64,000 nt of DNA from Phyllobates terribilis. Lineage: Eukaryota. The DNA lies in contig NW_027362761.1 in assembly GCF_046119375.1 (NCBI RefSeq), forward strand, positions 993,364,001 through 993,428,000, written 5' to 3'. A program made the translations under genes and the position numbers. Positions 30,944-43,452 of the stretch are shown here, one piece after another (the first letter of the stretch is position 1; every line of letters begins with the position of its first letter). The notes under the pieces are model-generated. The model was not told where the DNA came from. It worked only from the letters and a program-made list of their open reading frames with translations, and made no database searches.

Positions 30944-31363
30944 TGTTAGAACCTTGCTCTTAGGTTTTTTCCTTTGCTGGTCACATGACCTTGTTGGCCT
31001 ATTTAATCCTGCTCCGCCCTTCTGGCTTTGCTGGACTTCATTGTATAACTACTTTCTAGCTAGCCTGTGCTCTGTATCTAACTCTGTTAGTTTGCTTGGT
31101 CTACGGACCTCTATGTTCTATATATTTTGTCTGTTCGTCTGTCTGCAACTATTTCTGTTAGGAGGTGTCCCATATTCCTCCCAGTCCTTAGTACTTGTAG
31201 GGATTCCTTCCCCACATCTATAGGTCTCCGTACAGACTAGCTTAGGACTTTAGCAGGTCTGATCGCAGGATCAGGTTCCCTGTTACATCGTAGGGATTCA
31301 GCTGAGTTCTATCGTAGGGACAGATCTCCTCTCTTTCCTTAGCTCTGGTAGCAGAACATAACA
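30944..31363 (+). repeat. 3' LTR of the sushi-like element
   Basis: Direct repeat of 13891-14310, preceded by the PPT and followed by the AATAA TSD. Confidence 0.95.
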
Positions 31364-31368
31364 AATAA

Positions 31369-31535
31369 GGCTTACTGGCCTGTAATTTCCTGTCTCCATC
31401 TGCTTTCCTTTTTTGAAGATAGGGACAACATTTTTCCCCTCTCCAATTTTCTGGGACTTCTGTTCTCCAGGAATTTTCAAAGATTCTGGCTAGTGGTTTT
31501 GCAATTTCATCTGCTATCTCTTTCATTATCCTAGA
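31369..31535 (-). mobile_element. CR1 LINE, upstream RT segment (5'-truncated end)
   Basis: KEIADEIAKPLARIFE...NVVPIFKKG...NYRPVSL joins across the TSD to ISIPGKIFEQIIK at 13885. Confidence 0.88.
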
Positions 31536-31539
31536 TGTA

Positions 31540-31990
31540 TCACCTGTACACTATGCACTATATACAGAGCTCCTGTGTAGCATGTCACTGGTGATTACAG
31601 TATTAAGTGTACTCTGACACTATATACAGAACTCCTGTGCATCATGTCCCTTGTGATCACTGTATTACCTGTACACTGACACTATACATTGTATACTATT
31701 TACGGAGCTCCTGTGTATAATGCCACTGTGATCACTGTATTACCTGTACACTGAAACTATACACTGTATACTATGTACATACCTCCTTTGTATAATGGCA
31801 CTTAGTATTGTTTTTTTAATTAATGATCAGTATTGCAGTATTCAATCACTATGTGGTGGTAATATGTGGTCTGGTCATGGTGTGGCGGTATTTCTCCCTT
31901 GCACATGGTATTATTCAGTCTCTATGTGGTGGTAATATGTGATCTGGTCATGGTGTAGCAGTATTTGTTTCTTGTATGTGGTATTATTTT
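31540..31990. repeat. Degenerate tandem repeats (ACACTATATACAGAGCTCCTGTG-type, and an about 73-bp CTATGTGGTGGTAATATGTG unit)
   Basis: Recurrent motifs at 31556, 31617, 31680 and 31755, and at 31849 and 31922. Confidence 0.6.
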
Positions 31991-31994
31991 GTCA

Positions 31995-32400
31995 AAAAAC
32001 GACCATAAAGCGCAATTGCTCAAATAATCAATCAGTGCTCAATAAAAAATGGTTTGGTCTCACCACTTGTAGTATATTTCAGGAAATGGAAGACTGGAAA
32101 TCCATGATCCAAGGGTTATAGTAATGTATACAGAGAAGAGAGAATGTTATTCAAGTACTATAACGTGCCCATGTATTACTCCTGCCCTAACAAGAGCAGT
32201 TCCCAAGTGTAGAACTAAACTCTTGTACCACACCAAGATGAGAAAATTTATCCCATATGTTGGTATAATCCCTACACGTTTCCTCCCCCGTGTGAAGGAT
32301 TCATCAGGGGATATAGAGAATTATGGGTGCTGGTTCCTACAGTGGCAGGTAACTAGGAATAAGGTCTGACTAGTGTGGTCACTGCTAGTTAATGTGGTCA
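31995..32400 (-). mobile_element. Probable Penelope-like pseudo-LTR or retrozyme fragment
   Basis: Contains a minimal type I hammerhead. Boundaries are approximate and no RT or GIY-YIG ORF was seen. Confidence 0.45.
32268..32312 (-). ncRNA. Minimal type I hammerhead ribozyme motif
   Basis: AUCCC-CUGAUGA-A-UCCUUC(ACAC)GGGGGA-G-GAAAC-GUG-UA-GGGAU: 5-bp stem I, full core, 6-bp stem II, self-complementary ACGUGU stem III, GUA cleavage triplet. Confidence 0.72.
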
Positions 32401-33220
32401 TCACGATTGGGTAGCCGAGCTGTCACTCACAATCCTGACAGCTCAGCAAGCCACTGATCCTATAGGGCGGCTGAGCTGTCACTCACAGCGTCCTTAGCAC
32501 ACTGTGAGTGGTGGAATCGTGACAGGTTTTGTATAGGACTAAAGGGCCACAATAGCTCAAAATGAGTAATCGGACGGTTCTCTTTTTGTCCTCCATGTTT
32601 GATATGGCTTACTGCTATTTTAGAAAGATTTAAATAAATAAACATTGTTGATTTTATTCCAGTTTGGACCCTGGCATTGTTTCTCTTTTTATGAAAGATA
32701 AATACTTGATCTCAACATTTTTCCACTTTGTTTTGCACTCTACAAATATGCGTATATGTGTTATAAAGAAGTATTATGGACAATAAGAAATGGAATTTTA
32801 GACTTGAAGTCTGTTGCTTCATTCTCTCCATGTGACCCAGAGTTCCTCTCAGACATGTTCTCGGTGATGCTGTCATATTTCTGTATGTTTTTGTTTCCCT
32901 CTGTGAGATGCAAGCATGGCTTGTACATTGATATGTTATCTCACTGAGCGCACATTGCATGCAGAGAAAATGGAAATATGTGAGAAGTGAGTCAGCAAGA
33001 CGACACCAAGCAAGAAGTAGCATGTCATCTGATCTAATTGTGGTAACACCAAAATATGGACCAGGGCAGGATCCACATTTCACAAATTCTTGTTATTAAT
33101 TTCTGACTTTTGACTGCTGACAAGGCCCTGAGTTATTTTTTGCAGATTACATCAGTAGGGGTCTGTTTGCTAGGACCACTCCAATGCAATATACATAGTG
33201 GTAAAGGGACTGCAGTGATA

Positions 33221-34429
33221 GGCCATGTGCCCATGTAGCGTTTTTCTAGCATTTTTTGCGGCGTTTTTACGGCCGCAAAAACACCGCGAAAACGCTTGTA
33301 AGGCTGTGTGCCCACGTAGCATTTTTCAAGCGTATATGCTGCGGAATTTCCGCAGCGTAAACGCTTGAAAAACGCATGTATATCCGCACCCCATGGTCCC
33401 CAATGGGATTCCGCAAGTTCTATGCACATGTTGCGGATTTTTCCGCAGCGTTTATGCCGCGTTCAAAAATCCGCAGCATGTCATTTAATTTTGCGTTTCC
33501 GCAAGCGGAATTGCCTTTGTCCAATGCATAAAAAACGCAAGGCAATTCCGCATGTGGAAAACGCGTGATAAACGCGCGAAAAATGCGCGATAAACGCGTG
33601 CGGAATTCCGCATGCGTTTTTCCGGGAGAGGACTTGCATTTATGCAGCAGAAATTTTCTGCTTCATAAATGCAACGTGGGCACATAGCCTAAAACCGTCT
33701 GCCATGCAAAGCAATGTGAATTCGGATGTGCTGTGCACATGATGCGCTGATTAGCGCGCCGAATTCGCATTGCATTGCAAAACGCAGCATGACCATTTCT
33801 ACCGCGATTACGCTGCAAATTCGCGGCCATTGAGGAACATTGAAACGCAGCAAACCCGCAGGTATATGTGGATTTGCTGCGTTTCAATTAAATTCAATGG
33901 CCGCGAATTTGCAGCGTAATCGGGGTGCGTGTGGTACCCAGGATGAAGAGGAGACTACAACTTCTCTCATCCCGGCTACCACGCAGTGAAAAAAAGAAAT
34001 AAAAAAGTTAAAAATAAAAAAAAACTGTATATTCACCTCTCCGGCGGCCCCCGGTCTGCTCCCGGCGGCGTCCTCTCTCCTTGGCATCCCGCGGTGTACT
34101 GTCAGGACCTGACGTCATTTAGTCAGCTGATGGTCATGCAACTTAACTTTTTAATTCTTTTTTTTTTACTATAGATGCAGCATTTAAAGCATCTAAGTTG
34201 GTCGGTTGCATGGATTTATATTGTGTGATTAACTTGTCAAGCACTTTTCCAAGTGATGCTCAAAATCGCTTGGAAAAGTGTTTGAAAAACGCATGCGAAA
34301 ACGCATGTAAAAACGCTGAAAAAACGCTTCTCTCTGGCAGAAAAAACGCATGTAAATCTGCATGCGTTTTTTTCTGCCAGCGAGAGGCAAAAATGCTCTG
34401 CATCAAATCTGCTACGTGGGCACATAGCC
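33221..34429. mobile_element. Harbinger-type MITE (outer)
   Basis: Ends GGCCATGTGCCCA / GTGGGCACATAGCC, with ATA on both flanks. Its interior is an inverted homolog of 11319-12181. Confidence 0.7.
33302..33689. mobile_element. Harbinger-type MITE nested in the previous one
   Basis: TIR GGCT(G/A)TGTGCCCAC, TAA TSD (33299-301 and 33690-92). Confidence 0.8.
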
Positions 34430-34562
34430 ATAGTCTTCACTTCAGTGCTACATGACAACAATGTTTTGATATTATCAATGCCTTAGGTATAATTTGCATT
34501 GTGCTGATATTAAATGAGTTTGTCAGGCTTAATATTTTTCTCTCACTAGAAATCAAGCTTAA

Positions 34563-34842
34563 AGGATTGTCAAAATACCATTGACCCAAGGCACAGTTTG
34601 TTTAAAAAAACTCTCTCTCTCTTTGTCCAGCGATAAATCTCCACCTCTGCTCTAGGTATTTGTCATTATCTGCAGCAATGAGGTCATGTTGATAGTACTG
34701 CAGCCAATCAGTGAGCTCAGCGGCTCTAATCGGTTTGTGCTATGTAGTTGGACAGAGCCATTGAGCTCACTGAGTAAAACACATTTAAAAAAAAAGTAAA
34801 CTGCGCCTAGGGACAGGGGTTTTCTGGAACTGGAAAACTCAT
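34563..34842. mobile_element. Degenerate T2/Kolobok-like MITE
   Basis: TTAA-AGGATTGTC ... GGAAAACTCAT-TTAA, with internal inverted CAGTGAGCTCA/TGAGCTCACTG. Confidence 0.4.
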
Positions 34843-34846
34843 TTAA

Positions 34847-35396
34847 AGGGGTACTCTTGGGTGCTAAAAACTGTCCCTCCCCTCATAAACTATAAAGATG
34901 AGATTTCCAGTGCACTTGTATTATCTTTAGAACACTTGTAATTCAGTGTGACAGGAGCTGCTCCTCACTGCTCCCCCTCCCATCTAGGATAATACATCAC
35001 ACAGCAGTTTTAAGCTCCCCGCTGTGAGTAACAGCCAGTCCAAGGTGAGGTGGTGTGGCAGGGGTGTGACCCGCTCCCTGGTAGTAGCCCTGCAGTGAGG
35101 GAGACATTATCAGGGGACTGGCTGCTACTAGAAGCTGGGGGGGGGGGGCAATACCCCCTCATCTCCTGCTGCAGTGAAGGAGACATTATCAGGTGGCTGG
35201 CTGCTGCTACTAAAAGCCAGGAGCAGGCCATGCCCTCGCCATGCCCCCCTTACCTCTGACTGATTGTTACTCACAGCAGGCTCCTGTCACACTGAATTAC
35301 AAATGTTCTAAGGATAGACCTGCACTGGGCATTTTATTTTTATAGTTTATGATGGCAGGGACAGTACAATGTTTTTCAGCTCCCCGGAGTACCCTT
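34847..35396. mobile_element. T2/Kolobok-like palindromic MITE
   Basis: TTAA flanks (34843-46 and 35397-400), ends AGGGGTACTC / GAGTACCCTT, long internal inverted arms (TGTAATTCAGTGTGACAGGAGC). Confidence 0.75.
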
Positions 35397-35476
35397 TTAA
35401 GCTTTGGTTCAAGATCAAGTATAGCTGTTGCATGCATTTGCTTTACACTATGTTCAATCTATATACATATGCTATA

Positions 35477-35995
35477 CACTGACGAGCAAAAGGGTAACAA
35501 TGTTTTGAACTTTTGACTTTCAGGCTCCATATCTCACCATCCACTACTGCTTTGAACGTGAGACTAACATCATTTTATAGACACTGATCTTGACTATCCC
35601 ATACTTAAATTTGACTTGCAACTATTTAGCATATGATTAGTTATGCAGATTCTTGTCATGTCACTACATTGTTACTGTTTTGCTCTGAAAAATCTAAATT
35701 TAAATTTTTATAATTTTGTTAGTATATTGTAAATCCACCTTTGGCTTTCAACATTTCTGCATCCTTCTGGGCATGCTCTCGATCAGATTCAAGCAATGCA
35801 TTTCTCGACCGAAATCTGATTACAGGTCTCTTCTACACATTCCCAAAGGTGCATACTGTTCGACTCGGGTATGTATACAGCCTTTCCTTCAACTCTGCCC
35901 ACACGTGTTCAATTGGGTTGAGGTCTGGGGACCATGAGGACCAATCCAGCACCTCTACTTCATTGTCACTGAACCATTTCTTCACCAATCTTGAA
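35477..35995 (-). mobile_element. Tc1-like fragment
   Basis: TA|CACTGACGAGCAAAAG terminus. The minus strand encodes ...WSPDLNPIEHV. Confidence 0.6.
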
Positions 35996-36379
35996 AGTCA
36001 AACACTGTTATCCCTTTTGCTTGTCAGTGTATATGTTATGTCTACAGGTATTATTGTGAAATTATCATTAATCCACCAAATTGCATTTGTTTCTTTATAC
36101 TTAGTTTTTTCTCATTTTAGATTCCCAGGGACCCGAAGACCTTGGTAACTGCACATGCACTTATACATTATACCAGTACATTTGCACTTATACATTATAC
36201 CACTACATTACACTACATGCAAGCTGTGCTGCTATAACACAGACTTTTGTTGTATTGCGATACTGTACAAATAAATAATATTTCAAATAATATCTACAGT
36301 ACATACTTCAAATAAATATATGCTACTATACAGCACATATACCACAAGTACATTAGTACTGCTATATCATATACACATA

Positions 36380-37654
36380 CAGGTGCTTCTCATTAAATTA
36401 GAATATCATCAAAAAGTTAATTTATTTCAGTTCTTCAATATAAAAAGTGAAACTCATATATTATATAGAGTCATTACAAACAAAGTGATCTATGTCAAGT
36501 GTTTATTTCTGGTAATGTTGATGATTATGGCTTACAGCCAATGAAAACATAAAAGTCATTATCTCAGTAAATTAGAATAATTAACAAAAAAACACCTGCA
36601 ATGGCTTCCTACGCATTTAAAAAGGTCCTTTAGTCTGTTTCAGTAGGCTCCACAATAGGCTCCACAATCTTGGGGAAGACTGCTGACTGCACAGATGTCC
36701 AGAAGGCAGTCATTGACACACTCCACAAGAAAGGTAAGTCACAAAAGATCATTGCTAAAGAGTGCTGTATCCAAGCATATTACTGGAAAGTTGAGTGGAA
36801 AGAAAAAGTGTGGTAGAAAAAGGTGCACAAGCAACCGGGATAACCGCAGCCTTGAAAGGATTGTTAAGAAAAGGCCATTCAAACATTTGGGGAGATTCAT
36901 AAGGAGTGGACTGCTGCTGGAGTCATTGCTTCAAGAGCCACCACACACAAACGTATCCAGGACATGGGCTACAAGTGTCGCATTCCTTGTGTCAAGCCAC
37001 TCATGACCAATAGACAACGCCAGAAGCGTCTTACCTGGGCCAAGGAGAAAAAGACCTGGACTGTTGCTCAGTGGTCCAAGGTGTTGTTTTCAGATGAAAG
37101 TAAATTTTGCATTTCTTTTGGAAATCAAGGTCCCAGAGTCTGGAGGAAGAGTGGAGAGGCCACAATCCAAGCTGCTTGAGGTGTAGTGTGAAGTTTCCAC
37201 AATCAGTGATGGTTTGGGGAGCCATGTCATCTGCTGGTGTAGGTCCACTGTGTTTTATCAAGACCAAAGTCAGCACAGCCGTCTACCAGGAAATTTTAGA
37301 GCACTTCATGCTTCCCTCTGCCGACAAGCTTTTTGGAGATGGAAATTTCATTCTCCAGCAGGACTTGGCACCTGTCCACACTGCCAAAAGTACCAATGCC
37401 TGCTTTGAAAACAACAGTATCACTGTGCTTGATTGGCTAGCAAACTCGCCTGACCTTAAATCCATAGAGAATCTATGACTTTTGTGTTTTCATTGGCTGT
37501 AAGCCATAATCATCAACATTAACAGAAATAAACACTTGAAATAGATCACTCTGTTTGTAATGACTGTATATAATATAGGAGTTTCACTTTTTGTATTGAA
37601 GAACTGAAATAAATTAACTTTTTGATGATATTCTAATTTAGTGAGAAGCATCTG
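36380..37654 (+). mobile_element. Tc1-like element (DD34E), degraded or internally deleted
   Basis: TIRs CAGGTGCTTCTCA.TAAATTAGAATATCATC on both ends with TA TSD. Fragments WSKVLFSDESKF, VMVWG and QQDLAP...SPDLKSIE. Confidence 0.9.
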
Positions 37655-37726
37655 TATATACATATAAATAAGACACAAACATCACACATATATTCATACA
37701 TATTACACACCACATGAACCCACATA

Positions 37727-39357
37727 CAGTGGGTACAGAAAGTATTCAGACCCCTTTAAATTTTTCACTCTTTGTTTCATTGCAGCCATTTGATAAATTC
37801 TAAAAAGTTAATTTTTTTTCTCATTAAAGTACACTCTGCACCCCATCTTGACTGAAAAAACAGAAATGTTGAAATTTTTGCTAATTTGTTAAAAAAAGAC
37901 AAGCTGAAATATCACATGGTCATAAGTATTCAGACCCTTTGCTCAGTATTGAGTAGAAGCACCCTTTTGAGCTAATACAGCCATGAGTCTTCTTGGGAAT
38001 GATGCAACAACTTTTTCACACCTGGATTTGGGAATCCTCTGCCATTCTTCCTTGCAGATCCTCTCCAGTTCCATCAGGTTGGATGGTGAACTTTGGTGGA
38101 CAGCCATTTTCAGGTCTCTCCAGACATGCTCAATTGGGTTTAGGTCAGGGCTCTTGCTGGGCTAGTCAAGAATGGTCACAGAGTTGTTCTTATGCCATTC
38201 CTTTGTTATTTTAGCTGTGTGCTTAGGGTCATTGTCGTGTTGGAAGGTGAACCTTCGGCCAAGTCTGAGGTCCATAGCACTCTGGAAGAGGTTTTCACCC
38301 AGGATATCTCTGTACTTGGCCGCATTCATGTTTCCTTCAATTGCAACCAGTCGTCCTGTCCCTGCAGCTGAAAAACACCCCCATTGCATGATGCTGCCAC
38401 CACCATGTTTCACTGTTGGGATTGTATTGGGCAGGTGATGAGCAGTGCCTGGTTTTCTTCACACATACCGCTTAGAATTATCACCAAAAAGTTCTATCTT
38501 CATCTCATCAGACCAGAGAATCTTATTTCTCATAATCTGGGAGTCCTTCATGTGTTTTTGAGAAAACTCTATGCGGGCTTTCATATGTCTTGCACTGAGG
38601 AGAGGCTTCTGTTGGGCCACTCTGCCATAAAGGCCCGACTGGTGGAGGGCTGCAGTGATAGTTGATTTTGTGGAACTTTCTCCCATCTCCCTACTGCATC
38701 TCTGGAGCTCAGCCACAGTGATCTTGGGGTTCTTCTTTACCTCTCTCACCAAGGCTCTTCTCCTACGATTGCTCAGTTTGGCTGGACGGCCAGGTCTAGG
38801 AAGACTTCTGGTGGTCCCAAACTTCTTCCATTTAAGGATTATGGAGGCCACTGTGCTCTTAGAAACCTTGAGTAATGCAGAATTTCTTTTGTAACCTTGG
38901 CCAGATCTGTGCCTTGCCACAATTTTGTCTCTAAGCTCCTTGGGCAGTTCCTTTGAGCTCATGATTCTCATTTGGTCTGACATGCTCTGTGAGCTGTGAG
39001 GTCTTATATAGACAGGTATGTGCCTTTCCAAATCAAGTCCTATCAGTTTAATTAAGCACAGCTGGACTCCAATGAAGGAGTAGAACCATCTCAAGGAGGA
39101 TCACAAGGAAATGGACAGCATGTGACTTAAATATGAGTGTTTGAGCAAAGGGTCTGAATACTTATGACCATGTGATATTTCAGTTTTGTTGTTTTAACAA
39201 ATTTGCAAAAATTTCTACGCTTGTTTTTTTTCAGTCAAGATGGGGTGCAGAGTGTACTTTAAAGAGAAAAAATGAACTTTTTAGAATTTACCAAATGACT
39301 GCAATGAAACAAAGAGTGAAAAATTTAAAAGGGTCTGAATACTTTCTGTACCCACTG
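37727..39357 (-). mobile_element. Full-length Tc1-like element (1631 bp), frameshifted transposase
   Basis: TIR CAGTGGGTACAGAAAGTATTCAGACCC at both ends with TA TSD. ORF pieces 38459..39094 (HTH...WSDE) and 38162..38413 (FQHDNDPKH). Confidence 0.93.
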
Positions 39358-40033
39358 TAAACCCCATAACACACACACATATACAGTACATATACTTTGG
39401 ACATAATATTATAGTACAGCCTGGGTCAAATTCTCAAACTACCCCCTCTCCCAAACACCCACACAAACCTCCTACGTCCATTAATAAGTAATCAATTATT
39501 AATGTGATACAAAAAAGAGTGACAATATAAAGGGAACATACAGTATGTGCTATTCCATTGCCTCTTACTTCTGCATTGGAAGTGTGTGCTCCAAAACCAT
39601 TATGTCCAGAAAATGTCCCGAGACACATGCACAGTCGACAGGTATTGTGCATGTGTCCTATTCTAATGCACCAGATAGGTGCATCATTAGAATTAATATT
39701 TACGCATTAAAAATGAACCAAAGTGGCAAGTCATACATTGAAATTAAATATAAATCAAAATAGTGATTATGTGAAATACTAAGATCATGATGTTCAGTAC
39801 TGTCATCAAGGTTGCTATACAGTATAATATAGAGTCAATTACAATTGCTGTCATCAAAAAGACTAGGGAGCATCATTCACCAATATGAATGAGAAGTATG
39901 GATGAATCACACATGAACCTCATCTAGCTTTTTCAGATTAGTACATTGGACTTAAAGACGACAAGTATTTGAAGTGAAGCCTTTCAGATTTAGTTGAAAA
40001 GTTAAAAAAATATATATTTTATCATCTGTTTTA

Positions 40034-40231
40034 GGGCTCCTTCAGATGTCCATGATCATCGGTCCGATCTCAGAATGCAATGCACGGACTGGCTGCGCAT
40101 CTCCTGACCCCGAGCATGACAGCTTCATAGAAATATATGAAACTTTCACGCTCGGGGTCGGGAAATGCGAAGCCAGTCCGTGCATTGCATTCTGAGATCA
40201 GACCGATGATCATGGACATCTGAAGGAGCCC
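40034..40231. mobile_element. Near-perfect palindromic MITE (Harbinger-like)
   Basis: GGGCTCCTTCAGATGTCCATGATCATCGGTC ... GACCGATGATCATGGACATCTGAAGGAGCCC, flanked by TTA/TGA. Confidence 0.75.
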
Positions 40232-40400
40232 TGAGAATTACACACATTTTTAAGTAGTCACATCATTTTCACAGGCTCAAAAGCGATTGGACAAATTATT
40301 GCCTTCATGATTTGGTTTGTTACTTCATTATTTCATGAATCCAAATTGATGTCAACGCCATCAAAGAATAAGAAAAAATTAATTAATGAATACATATATA

Positions 40401-42034
<1,634 letters not shown>

Positions 42035-42051
42035 TATATATACATATATAT

Positions 42052-42848
42052 TTTGACACGGTCACTGGCGATATATGTGAGGGGAGATATGTGTCTCGGA
42101 TGTTGCTATCTTCTGTGATGTGAAACCCAAAAGCTTGTCTCCAGCATGTTAGGTGCTGAAGAGGTTAATCAGCCATCTTGGGTTTGGTTTTTTGTGAGCA
42201 GGTGTGAGATGGGAGGAATGGGAGGTAGTTTTAATTGCAGTAGGATCTTACTTTCCCACATACAAGCAGACGGATGTCCCTTAGAGAGGTATTCACATTG
42301 GTAGGGTCCAGACATTGAGAAACGCCTTACCGCAGCTGTCAGGTACACATGAATTGGCCAATTTATGCGCTAAGATTTCTCATTTATTTCTGTTTTCTAC
42401 AGCAGTAATGCTATTCATATTTCATACTTCATATTTACATACTTAGCGTTGCAGAGTGCTACTTCGTTTGTTAATTGAGATGGGAGGAATGACTACTCAC
42501 CATATCTCCACCTCAAGGGTGTGGCTGGAATAGTTAAATGTTCAGCTACTGTTTTCTTTGTGGTGTTGTTTGGAGAAGGAAGTCTCCAGACTGTGTGGGT
42601 GGAAGCCAGAGAGCTAGCCAGAAGGACTTTGGTGAACTTTGTTGTGTTATCCAGAGCGGGTGAAACCCCGCTCACTTATGAACTGTGCTATTTTTTTGTT
42701 TTGATTCTCGTTATGCCGGAAAGGCCGTGTTTACTTTTGTGGAACCCCGCAGTGGTTTATGCCGTGTCCTAATAAACCAGCAGGAGGTTAACCCAAGAAG
42801 TGTACCCGTATCTATCTCTGTGAGAGCCGAGTGAGTCAATCTGCCACA
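42052..42848. repeat. Solo LTR containing a 255-bp insertion
   Basis: (T)TGACACGGTCACTGG ... CTGCCACA ends, AATAAA at 42770. Homologous blocks with the next LTR. Confidence 0.65.
42221..42475. mobile_element. 255-bp TSD-flanked insertion related to the 447-bp array unit
   Basis: 16-bp TSD TGAGATGGGAGGAATG (42205-20 and 42476-91). Shares the colinear blocks AGGT.GTTTTAA, CAAGCAGA, ACACAT.AATTGGCCAA.TTATGCGC and GAGTGC...AAT with the array. Confidence 0.75.
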
Positions 42849-42856
42849 GTATATAT

Positions 42857-43387
42857 TGTGACAAAGTCACTGTCACTGGTAAAGTGCTGGAGGGGAGTTA
42901 TGTTTCCCTGAGGCTATTAGCTTCAGTGAACTAAAACCATTAAGTTTCCTTCAGCATGTTATTTGCTGAGAGGAGTTAAGAACCATTTGTAAAAGGGCAT
43001 GTTTTTATGAGAACAACCAAAGAGTGGACGGAAAGTTGTTCTCCATATCTCCACCCCAGGGTGTGGTCTGGGGTTTAAATACTTGGCCTGCTGAGGCATT
43101 CAGCAGTAGGTCTGGAGAGAGGTACTCCAGATCTGTTTGTGTGGAGCCATCCTGAACCATGTGGAGCTGCTGAACTCTAAGCAGGCAGAACCCTGCTACC
43201 ACAAAGACTGTGCTTTTCTGTTACCATTTTACTTTGTGTTCCTGCTTTGCCCAAAGGGCTGTGTTTTCTTTTATGGACTCGGTGTTGGTTTATGCTACAT
43301 TTTAATAAACCGACCAGAAGTTTTAAAGAGATAGCGAGATAGCGTACCTGTGTCTACCTCCATGTAAAGTTGAGTGAGCGATGTACC

Positions 43388-43390
<3 letters not shown>
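42857..43390. repeat. Solo LTR in a TA microsatellite
   Basis: TGTGACAAAG...GTACCACA, ATAT on both flanks, TTTAAAT TATA-like motif and AATAAA at 43304. Confidence 0.7.

Positions 43391-43449
<59 letters not shown>
43391..43449. repeat. (AT)n microsatellite
   Basis: About 29 AT units. Confidence 0.98.

Positions 43450-43452
<3 letters not shown>

Larger units (their letters stand above)
13891..31363 (+). mobile_element. Full-length chromodomain Ty3/Gypsy (sushi-like) retrotransposon, interrupted by piggyBac
   Basis: 420-bp LTRs TGTTAG...ATAACA at 13891-14310 and 30944-31363. TSD AATAA (13886-90 and 31364-68). PPT AGAAGGGGGGG at 30930-30940. gag-PR-RT-RH-INT-chromodomain. Confidence 0.96.

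Noticed and set aside
32760-32915. Possible terminal exon on the minus strand (GNKNIQKYDSITENMSERN...)
   Set aside because: Short, unrecognised and within chance expectation.
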